NCBI GenBank assembly: GCA_019828565.1
Contig: JAHDYR010000003.1
Span: forward strand, 124,001 to 188,000
Source: Carpediemonas membranifera BICM
Taxonomy: Eukaryota > Protista > Fornicata
Length of the DNA: 64,000 nucleotides
Reading direction: 5' to 3'
Positions 52,659 through 62,100 of the stretch are shown piece by piece (position 1 is the first letter of the stretch; every line of letters starts with the position of its first letter). Made by a program: the position numbers and the translations under genes. Under the pieces are notes generated by a model. It worked only from the letters and a program-made list of their open reading frames with translations. It was not told where the DNA came from and did no database searches.

Positions 52659-53198
52659 ATGTCCACACCAAGAATTAAGTTGATTAACCCCATTGAAGAG
52701 TGGAGCGAAGGCGACGTTTGCTCTTGGCTCAACGGCATCAAGATGCGCCACCATGCCGAGACCTTCCGCAAGAACGGCATCAACGGGCGCGCCCTCATGC
52801 GTCTTACTGAGCAGGATCTTCAGCAGAGCCTCAACATCTCCAAGCTCGGCGAGCGCCGCTGCATTAAGTACGAGATTGACAACCTCGAAAAGTGGATGGG
52901 CTGGCTCTGGCGCGAGGAGGTCAACGGCACCACCATCGAGGCCCTCCTGACCCTCTCCGCCAACAAGATGATTGCCCTCACCTGCGTCCGCCTCGAGCCC
53001 TGCCACGAGCCCATCAAGGGCACTTGGACATTCACGAAGCTCGCCGAGGAGGGCTCCCCCGACTCTACCCAGCTGGTCAAGTTCACCACGGACGTCATGT
53101 ACGAGGGTGAGAAGTCGAGGAACATTATCCGGCTCCCCTGCCCTGTGTCTGACGTCGAGGCCACGTTCCAGGCTGCCGACAACGACACTCAGGAGTAA
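52659..53198 (+). CDS. SAM-domain protein, 179 aa
   Basis: WSEGDVCSWL...HAETFRKNGINGRALMRLTEQDL...LGERRCI. Confidence 0.88.
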   Translation: MSTPRIKLINPIEEWSEGDVCSWLNGIKMRHHAETFRKNGINGRALMRLTEQDLQQSLNISKLGERRCIKYEIDNLEKWMGWLWREEVNGTTIEALLTLSANKMIALTCVRLEPCHEPIKGTWTFTKLAEEGSPDSTQLVKFTTDVMYEGEKSRNIIRLPCPVSDVEATFQAADNDTQE

Positions 53199-53465
53199 GC
53201 TAGACTAATGCGCACAAACCTTGTAAACTATGGGAAAAGAGGGTAGCAGTAGACTGGGCCGAGTAAGTCTGAATGCCCATGCTCCCTGACCTTATATCAA
53301 AGGCCCGAGGGCTGACGAATCGAACCCGGCGGATTGCCGCCAGACTGCCCGGGTACATGCTCCCCAGTGCTCACTGGACCCACCGCCGGCCCATACTCTC
53401 CTATGCGGCAGGGCAGACTCGGAGCAGTCGGATCACACGCGATCAACGGGGAGAAATTTGTCGAA

Positions 53466-55106
53466 ATGGCTGATTCCCTTGTTGGAAAGAGGAAAAATCC
53501 AGGGCATAACAGCCAGACAGGTGGTTTATGGTCACTTTTCCCTCGAGAAGACATGTACCGTGTCGCCTATCTGCATGGTTCGCCCATTCTCCATTTGCTC
53601 GCTGTTGAGGACTGTGTACTCACCACAGATGCCACGGGCGTCGTCAGAGTGTGGCGTAGGCTCGAAAACTCACTAGAGGAAGAGAAAACGCTCAACGCTC
53701 ATCACGATGAGGTCCTCAGCCTCGTCACTGATGGTGTGTTCATCGCCTCCGTAGGCGCTGACCGTGTAGTCAACATCTACGATCGCACCACCCGCGACAT
53801 CGTGATCCGCGCCGAGCTCCCCTTCCGTCCCTCCCTTTGCTCGCTGATCCAGGGCGACCTCGTCGTTGCCGACCGCGACGATTTCTCGCTACACTGGTTC
53901 GCCGTAGCCAAGGGGCTGGTCGAGAAGTGCGTCATCACCGGCCACCAGGCCCGTGTTGTCGGTGTGATCCCTCTCGGCCGGGGTGACGTCCTCAGCGGCG
54001 ATTGCATGGGCCGCTTCTTCATCACACCCCACCCTCGGGTCAGCGGGACAATGGAAGCGCCCTTCATGCTGCTCAAGGGGTCCAGCAGTGACCCGCCCAA
54101 GCCTGTTACCATCGTCTCCAACTCCACTGCCACTGCCTTTGTCGTCTGCGGGACGGACAGAGTCACGCGGGTGTTCCAATCGAGCTCGAGGAGGCGGCTA
54201 TTCCAGGTCAATGACACCCTCAGTAAGTGGCAGCAGGTGCCGGAGTCCTCGACCATCAATTTACGGGAGAACGTCATATTCAAGCAGTCGGCAACAAGAC
54301 AGTACATCCAGCCGTGTTTCGACCCCTCCGGCCGCTTCCTCGCAGTACCGCTGGCCAACAACATCTCCATTTACCACGTTGAGAAGAAGGCCCGCATCAA
54401 CAGATTAGCTGAGACCGAGTCTGCCCGGTTCATCGCCCTCGCCATCCTTCCCGTCCCAGACCGCGGTGGGGTGGGCACCGAGGATTACCAGCCCCTGCTC
54501 CTCGCCATAGAGCACCAGTCGCCCCGGCTGTGTGTATTCTGCGATGACCCTCCGGCCGACCCGACCATGCGGGACACGGGCGTGGGGGCAGCCAAGCCTA
54601 AGGACGCTGTGCCAGAGTCCACTGCGGGTTGTGCGAAGGCTGTGATCTCCACGACTATGGGGGACATCTGGGTCGACTTGTTTCCCCAGAAATGCCCCAA
54701 GACTGTCGATAACTTCGCCAGGTTAGCGCGGTCGGGGTACTACAACGGCAACATATTCCATCGTGTAATTCGTGACTTTATGATCCAGTCGGGCGACCCC
54801 ACCGGCACCGGCACGGGCGGGGTCTCCGCTGATGGAGTCCCGTTTGCTGATGAATTCGACTCGGAGCTGACCCACAACAAGCCCTTCGTCCTTTCCATGG
54901 CCAACAGAGGGCCAGACACCAACACCTCGCAGTGGTTCGTCACTGTCGCTTCGTGTCCATGGTTGAACTGGAAGCATACGGTCTTCGGCGCGGTGTCGCA
55001 GGAGAGCAGCAAGAATGTTGCCCGGCAACTGTCGTGTGTCGAGACGGACAGGTCGACCGACAAGCCCGTCAAGGAGGTGCGGGTCGTCAGCGTCACGGTC
55101 ATGTAA
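53466..55106 (+). CDS. PPWD1: WD40-repeat cyclophilin (PPWD1-like)
   Basis: N-terminal WD40 region plus cyclophilin motifs PKTVDNF, FHRVIRDFMIQSGDPTGTGTGG, SMANRGPDTNTSQWF, KHTVFG. Confidence 0.9.
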   Translation: MADSLVGKRKNPGHNSQTGGLWSLFPREDMYRVAYLHGSPILHLLAVEDCVLTTDATGVVRVWRRLENSLEEEKTLNAHHDEVLSLVTDGVFIASVGADRVVNIYDRTTRDIVIRAELPFRPSLCSLIQGDLVVADRDDFSLHWFAVAKGLVEKCVITGHQARVVGVIPLGRGDVLSGDCMGRFFITPHPRVSGTMEAPFMLLKGSSSDPPKPVTIVSNSTATAFVVCGTDRVTRVFQSSSRRRLFQVNDTLSKWQQVPESSTINLRENVIFKQSATRQYIQPCFDPSGRFLAVPLANNISIYHVEKKARINRLAETESARFIALAILPVPDRGGVGTEDYQPLLLAIEHQSPRLCVFCDDPPADPTMRDTGVGAAKPKDAVPESTAGCAKAVISTTMGDIWVDLFPQKCPKTVDNFARLARSGYYNGNIFHRVIRDFMIQSGDPTGTGTGGVSADGVPFADEFDSELTHNKPFVLSMANRGPDTNTSQWFVTVASCPWLNWKHTVFGAVSQESSKNVARQLSCVETDRSTDKPVKEVRVVSVTVM

Positions 55107-55328
55107 AGGCCACGGATTATTGATTGAGTGTGTTGCTGGGGTATGCTGGGTTTTCAGTGCTCTCATCGTTGTTGCACCCGGGCTGGGGAGAGCTGGGTCC
55201 CTGATGGAACTGCAGTCCTTGCCGTCTTCAGCTTCAATCTCCCTCGGCATCATCTGATGCTCAGATCCGAAGATTTGATGGAATCCAAAGTGATTTTGAG
55301 ATGGCGGCTTGGTAGCTTTGGTACCAAC

Positions 55329-56411
55329 ATGGTGTCTACAGACTTGACCGACCGCAACATGATGTCATTAGAAGAGAAACACGATAGCAAGCAGACAAAT
55401 GAGACATTCCATTCTCCTGCGTCCATCCCAGACCTCTCAGGGCTGTTCACTGACTACCACTGCCCCTGGCGCTACATGAATGGCTATGTAGCAACGATGG
55501 CCGCGTTTAAGCCGTCTAACGTCCGTGCACCGTATGTCCGGGAAGAATTGACGACCACAGATGGCGACTTCATCGACCTTGATATCTGTTCCCCCGAGAA
55601 CGACGCCGATGACGCCCCCATAGTAGTAGTGCTCCACGGCCTTGGGTCCTCATCCTATGCCGCCTATATCCAGAAGCTGGCCGTTGCCCTCCGTCAAGAG
55701 GGCATCCGTACCGTTGCCATGAACCTCCGCTCCTCCTCCCGGCGCCCCAACAAGACCCCAGTCCTGTACAACGGCATGTTCACACTCGATGTGGAGTGCA
55801 CCGTTGCCCTGCTCACTGAGCGCTACCCCTGCTCCAAGATTGCCCTGGCTGGGTACAGCCTCGGGGGCGCCATCCTCACCCACTACACCGCCACCTGTGC
55901 CCCGCCCCCTGCTGTGTGCGGGTTGTACACCTGCTGCTCGCCCATGAGTCTGCGGGAGAATGTGCTCGACGACCACTGGCTGACGAGCAGGCTCATCAAG
56001 CCCGCCATCATGCCCTTCCTGCACAAGGTCATGAAGGAGAAGGCCGAACGCTTCCCTAAAATGCGCGAACATGCTCTGGCCGCAGCCATCGCCACTGATA
56101 TCACCGAGTTCGACCGCAACTGGACATGTAAGGTGTTTGAATATGACACACCCGAAGCGTACTACGAAGATGCCAGCGCCGACAACGTCATCCAGGACAT
56201 CGCGGTGCCGACCCTCATGCTGTTCGCCAAGAATGACCCTCTCGCGACCCCCTCCATGCAGGAGCGGGCATGGGGCAAGATCAACGCCAACGAGTACGTC
56301 ACGGCCGTCGTCCAGAAGAGGGGCGGCCACCAGGGCTTCGTCAGCAAGGAGGGTGACTGGCTTGAAGTCAACGAGGTCAAGCTCATGAAGCGGTTCTTTG
56401 GCATGGAGTAA
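55329..56411 (+). CDS. Alpha/beta hydrolase, YheT/ABHD1-3/EHT1 family
   Basis: HGLGSSS, GYSLGG nucleophile motif, NDP, GGHQGF; start uncertain. Confidence 0.9.
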   Translation: MVSTDLTDRNMMSLEEKHDSKQTNETFHSPASIPDLSGLFTDYHCPWRYMNGYVATMAAFKPSNVRAPYVREELTTTDGDFIDLDICSPENDADDAPIVVVLHGLGSSSYAAYIQKLAVALRQEGIRTVAMNLRSSSRRPNKTPVLYNGMFTLDVECTVALLTERYPCSKIALAGYSLGGAILTHYTATCAPPPAVCGLYTCCSPMSLRENVLDDHWLTSRLIKPAIMPFLHKVMKEKAERFPKMREHALAAAIATDITEFDRNWTCKVFEYDTPEAYYEDASADNVIQDIAVPTLMLFAKNDPLATPSMQERAWGKINANEYVTAVVQKRGGHQGFVSKEGDWLEVNEVKLMKRFFGME

Positions 56412-56973
56412 AGTTTTACGTAGTTATCCAGTCTTTGTGCACATTGTGTTTTAAGATATTTATGTACGGAGTTTATGTATACAAGCACTGATGCATATCA
56501 GATGCGGATGGCCGGGGCAACCATTCCTCTGGGAGGATGTCACCAAGGGAAGGCCGATCGGCGTCCCCGTTCGCGACCCCCTCCAGGGAAGCAGGTAAAA
56601 TAGTAAAAGGTGCGGTCCTGAGCAGGCGTCTGTGGTTCGCTGCTCGGGCCTGGTAGAGGCTTTCTCCAATCCAACTCATCAATGACTTCGCCAGGGCCTT
56701 TTGTGCTTCCTTCAGGGAGAATGACACCGACCGCCTTTGGCGAGACAGTTGCTGTCCGATGTCGTGAATAACAGCCGCGGAGCTAACCACCCGTCCAACA
56801 GGCTGACCACATCTGAACACAACACGAACGAAGCACGTACGCCGACACTACCGACACTGACTCGGGTCCACAGCCTGAACGACCTCTGTGTCACCGAGGG
56901 AGAGGAGATAAAACACTCGAGATTAGAAGGACAAACATTTAATGGCTCAATTTATCTCACGTAAACAGCTGGC

Positions 56974-57340
56974 TCAGGCCGACAGCTCAACTGGAAGTAC
57001 CAGTGGGCTGAACAGTCCCAGCTTGACACTCCACTTGTCATACACCAATAGGGTAGCGGACATGAGGGCATCAGCCATGGTAAGGGCGATCTTGCGGGCA
57101 GAGATGTGGAATCTGGCTGCGGACGCGTTGAGGTAGGCCTCGACCTTCACGACGGACCTGATGATGTTGGCGCCATCGGGGCGGGGGTTCACCACGGTGA
57201 GGTTGACGCGGTAGAGGGCGTATTGCTTCGCCTTATTCTCGGCCTCCTTCTCGACGGATACGCCGTTACCGATCGTCCAGTCGATGACGAGGGGGTATTC
57301 ACCCTTGGGGTCGAGGGTGAAGACATCGGCGGTTCTCCGC
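56974..57340 (-). CDS. Hypothetical protein or gene fragment
   Basis: Coding-like codon usage at ~57000-57335, but the 5' end runs into an A/T tract with no clear start. Confidence 0.3.
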
Positions 57341-57396
57341 TTCACTTTTTTCTTTTTACATTTTTTTAAAATGCAGATTATGTCACCAAAGTGCAA

Positions 57397-59094
57397 ATGT
57401 CCTTGGAATCCATCAGGAGAGGACTTACGATGCTTTCGTTCCAGTTTCAATCATTTTCAGGTAAGTGGAAATTGCTTTTTAGCTTCAGTGGCTGGGTTGT
57501 CGCAATCCTCACATTTCTGTCCTCAGACTTTTCGAATGGGACGGTGTATAGGAGTATCATCAAGCCACTGAAAACCTGGTTTGGGGATGCGTCCATTGCA
57601 CTCAAATGCCTTTTCGTCATTGTCGGTTTTATCATCGTTCTTCTTATTATTCTATCCATTTGTTGCTGTTGTGTGATCCGTTTCATTCTCCTCAGAATCA
57701 TACGCCGCCGTACGTCGGCATCATCTCAGTTCAGATGTCTCGCCGCTCCAAACTATGCTGAGACAGCTCCTCCGCCGTGTTCTCTCATAGTGCTTCGTGG
57801 TCGCGCTTTTGTCGACAAGTTTGAGAACGGGGTTGGCCAAGTGCTCCGTGCTGGCAATCAACCTGAGTATGCTCTCCAGGAAGGAGAAAACGCCAAAGAA
57901 AAAAAGGGTGTGACGTGTGTGGCCTTCTTGCCGGATAGCACCATGATCACAGGATCTAAGGACGGGTATGTTAGACTGTGGAACAGGGATGGGCACTGTC
58001 TGAAGACATTGTGCCACCCCACAGGTGACGAATGTCGTCTGTGTCTTGCTGTCTCGCACGATGGGACCATCGCCTCCGGTGGGAATGGCAAGATCATTCT
58101 TTGGACAAAGAAGACTGATGAATCCTGGGAGTATCAGAGCAAGCAATGGAAGGCACACAAGAGGGTTAACAGCCTTGCTTTCTACGACGGCAAGCTCTTC
58201 TCCGGTGGGTATGGCAGATCGACCAAAGTCAGAGTCTGGGTGAAGAGCGAGTGTAGAGAGTTCAACACTTCGTCGAATGAAATCAACTGCGTCGCTATTT
58301 CGCCCTGTGGCAAGCTAATTGTCGCGAGTGGATCAAAGAAATTGTTGTGGGCTGCCATTCCTGATCTGACGAGTCCCGCCCTATACCCTGTCGATATGAA
58401 GTCGATAACATTAAGTAATGACCCTATTAGTTGTGTGGCTTTCTCCCCCGACGGCAAGTACCTGGCATGCCCGTCGCAGAAAGGGAGCTCGCTTGTCGTT
58501 CTGGAGACTCCTGAGGATGATATAACGAAGACGCTGGAAAAATGTGAGGCCGTTTTCACACTCGATGACACGAGGACCATCACCAGCGTGTCCTTCTCCC
58601 CTGATTCCAGAACTATCGCGGTTGCTTACGTTGGTGAGATCGAGCTCTATGACTTGACTCAGCACGGGAACTCTCTTTGCACGTTCAAGCACCCTGGCAA
58701 TGCTAACAGCGAGTTGAACGTTGCTTTCTCTCCCGACAGTTCCATGCTTCTATCTGGATCTTCTTATGCTGCTAATGATGCCATGGTTTGGCCGGTATAC
58801 GACATCAACCTGCCCAAATTGACTCAGGAGGCCCTCAATACCCTGACGAGACATGGTTTCGGGCAAGCCATCGTTCACTTCGAGGGCAGCCTATATGACG
58901 CCAAACGCGCCTTCGAGGCTGCGAAGAAGCTGATAGTCCGCCCCCGCGAGTTTACCGTGACTGTGACTGGCATTGTCCCAGTTGTCACTGTTACGATGCT
59001 CGATAGCGGTAAGCTGTTTGCTGACCAATTCAATCAAGATGTCGATGAGTGGATGCAAGAGATGTGGAATAGATCTGGAATAGATATTGTGTGA
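57397..59094 (+). CDS. Membrane-anchored WD40-repeat protein, ~565 aa
   Basis: Two N-terminal hydrophobic segments; WD repeats TGSKDGYVRLWN, CVAFSPDGKYLA, SVSFSPDS, VAFSPDSSMLLSGS. Confidence 0.85.
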   Translation: MSLESIRRGLTMLSFQFQSFSGKWKLLFSFSGWVVAILTFLSSDFSNGTVYRSIIKPLKTWFGDASIALKCLFVIVGFIIVLLIILSICCCCVIRFILLRIIRRRTSASSQFRCLAAPNYAETAPPPCSLIVLRGRAFVDKFENGVGQVLRAGNQPEYALQEGENAKEKKGVTCVAFLPDSTMITGSKDGYVRLWNRDGHCLKTLCHPTGDECRLCLAVSHDGTIASGGNGKIILWTKKTDESWEYQSKQWKAHKRVNSLAFYDGKLFSGGYGRSTKVRVWVKSECREFNTSSNEINCVAISPCGKLIVASGSKKLLWAAIPDLTSPALYPVDMKSITLSNDPISCVAFSPDGKYLACPSQKGSSLVVLETPEDDITKTLEKCEAVFTLDDTRTITSVSFSPDSRTIAVAYVGEIELYDLTQHGNSLCTFKHPGNANSELNVAFSPDSSMLLSGSSYAANDAMVWPVYDINLPKLTQEALNTLTRHGFGQAIVHFEGSLYDAKRAFEAAKKLIVRPREFTVTVTGIVPVVTVTMLDSGKLFADQFNQDVDEWMQEMWNRSGIDIV

Positions 59095-59185
59095 ATCGCA
59101 TCCACGGACAACACTTATAAACAGCAAAGAGAGTCACTTCCGATCCTCGACCAACACAACGCCGAGTCAAATCAAACTTTACACA

Positions 59186-62100
59186 CTAACACCAAGATTC
59201 AGCCACACAGGCCAGCAGCACAGGGACGTCGGAGATGCGGACGTCCGACAGAGCAGCAAACTTGGTGTATACCTCCATCTCATCCTCGATATACGTGGTA
59301 CGTAAATCACACAATGTGGCGAAATCCATGAGGCCTGTGCTCTTCGCCTTCGACGCGGGATCGGTCCCCTCCTCGATCTGCTTACTGAACAGCAGGGCAG
59401 AGTCGAGCGCCATAACGTATGCCGTCCAGAGGTCTTCCTGGCTGTCAAAGGGTGCGAGCGCCTGGACGACGTTGTTCACAGCATCGGGCTCCTCGTCGGC
59501 CGCGGTGACAGGAGCGAAGGGGGCGAAGGGGCCGGCCGTGAGCATCCAATCGCGGGCCTCGCCGAGCTTTTGTCTGCGGCCCAGGAAGATGGAATCGACC
59601 AGCTGGAGGGCTCCGACGGCATGGCACATCGAGACCCCCGAGAGCAGGGGCGACGTCGGCATGTCGAGCTTCTTGATGACAGCGTTGAGGTCGTGCTGGG
59701 AGGAGTGGACGACCTTCATGGCGATGTCGAGCAGCCCGCGTGCCTCGCCGAGGTCCACGTCTGTTGCCCGGCTGAGCCTGCTGAACAGCTCTGGCTGGGG
59801 CGGCTGTTGCGGGATATTGGCCTTGAATATGTCTATCGGATCAGAGACCGGCGGGATGATCTTGTAGATACGGAGGAGGCTGTCGAACTCAGCCTGGGGT
59901 GGGCAGAACGTCAGCGTCCACTCAACGAGGGCGTCTGTGGTGTCCTGTACCCGGAATGAGGGCCCGAAGAAGAGCTCGAACGACGGGGACGCGATGGCGT
60001 ACGACTCGACCGGCAGGGTCGGATCCGTCCCGCCGACCATGAAGTGGCGCACCTGCTTGCCGCCGAGCTTGGCGTTGTGGGTCATTCTGTAGACATCGGT
60101 GAAGAAGTCATCGGCGGACCGCACGAGCTGGCGGAGGAATCGGCGGACAAAGAGGCCGTTGGGCGTCTGGTCGGGCTTGAAGATGCCCGTGGGGACGTCG
60201 TCGGCGTTGTCGGAGTCGAACACGGCCTTCCCCGGCTGAGAGTGGGCAATAAAGGCCCTGGCGTACTTCTGGACAGCAACATGCACGGACGGTCTGGACA
60301 GCCTGAGGTCCCTGACGACGGAGCCGAGCTCATCCTTCTCGCAGCGGCGGACGACGGCGAGGATGTCTGGGAGGTGGCAGATGCACTCGTGCATGGCATC
60401 GGCCTTGTTACGGACGATGAAGTCCGTCGTCGATGTGACGTCCGCGAGGGTACAAGCGGCCCTATGCTCGACGGCATTCAGGCCGGGGCAGTCGAGGAGG
60501 GCATCCATCGTCTCGAGCTGCTTGACGGCGTCCACGGTGCCGATGATGTCTCTGACGCGGCTGATGGACGTCATCGCCATGAGGCGGTCTCTATGGTAGG
60601 GGAGAGTGTCGATGAGGCTGTGGTACGCCTTGTTGAACTCCAGCTCCCACTTGTTCCTGCTGTCCGCCGTATTGAACGACGTGACACAGACCTTGGCCAT
60701 GTGGATGAACAACAGGTGTAGCAGAATCCACATCTCGTCGACCGACTGCACCTTGCCCGCTGAGTGGGTCAGGGCGAGGTTGGTGAGGCTCAGGGCCTTC
60801 TTGTGCGAGATCTGGTCGCCGTGGATGGAGAGTAGGAGGATTCTGGCCATGGTGGTGACCCCGACGGTGCTGAGAGAGCGTACCGCGCCCGCTGGAATGG
60901 TCTCCGACCGGATGATCTCGATCGAGTCCTTGAAGGCGGCGGCGTCGGTGTTGTTGGCGACCTTCACCGAGCCACTTAGGGGGTTGTGGTGCGTGCCGCC
61001 GACCTGGGCCCCGCAGCTGACGCATACGCCGACCTGCATTGGCATGCTGCATTCGCCGATAAAGAAGGGGGTGCCGCACTTGGTACAGACCCATTGTGCC
61101 ATCCGCTTCCCGTCGCTCATGACCCGGAACACCTCCTGGGTGGCGTCGTCGTCGGTAGGGAGGAATGTACCCCTCATCCTGTCGCCTGTGGCCATGGCCT
61201 GGACCCAGCCCTGGGTCTGGTCGGAAGTCGCCACGCGATGGCGGAACACCTTGAGGCCAGCCGCGCGACTGTCGTTGAAGTCGTCATCAGTGAAGCCAGC
61301 CTGCTTGAGCTGCTTGAGCATATCCATCGGGTCAGTGGCGCTGACCTTCTCCCACTCAATCATGAGGGGCGCCATGGCGGCGGGCCAGTCGGGCTTGAGG
61401 ATGGATTGCAGGCCAGGGATGGATGCAAAGCCGAACTGCCCGGCCGTGAGCATGACCTCGAGCTGGGAGAGACCCTTGGCCTCGAGGACAGAGGAGAGCA
61501 CGTGGGCAGTGGCCTTGGCCATCGACACGCCCTCACCGGCCCGCTGGACCTTAGCCTGGGCGGCGTGGCATATGTCCGCGACGGCGTGGGCGAGTGTCTG
61601 GTTGGCTCGAGGCCAGTCACTCGTTAGAATGGCGACAGCCTGCTGGAAGACACCGACGAGCAGTGCCTCTACGCCTTCCATGGGCGTGTTGTGCTCCACG
61701 GCCACCTTGAGATGAACCAGGATGCCGGGCAGGATGTGGTGCTTCGACACAGGCAGGGCAGCCGTCACGGCCCGGCCGATGGTGGCCATGGTCGAGGCAG
61801 CGGCGTACCTCACCGTGTGCAGGGCGCCATCCTCCTGGGCGTGGGGGGTACCGTCGCCGAACAGGGTGGGCATCCAGTCGTGGTTCTCGGCCCCGCTGAT
61901 CATGGTGTAGCAGGCGAGTGGCGGCGTGAGCATGAAGAGTGCAGCCCGGTCGGCGTTGTACTTCATGCATCGGTTGAACACCATGTACACGCCCTTATCG
62001 ATGCCCTCGACGGTACCCGAGAGCGTGAGGATCATGTCCAGGGCCCTGGGGACCATGGAGTTCAGCCACGTCATACTGTGGGGGGCAAAGTCAAGTCGAC

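Noticed and set aside
53520-53550. Possible intron near the PPWD1 start
   Set aside because: Lacks the donor/branch consensus, and the unspliced frame already gives the PPWD1-like FPREDMYRVAYLH.
56473-56940. Possible spliced minus-strand gene (GTGAC-ACAG acceptor, GTACGT donor)
   Set aside because: I could not build an open frame using consensus introns.
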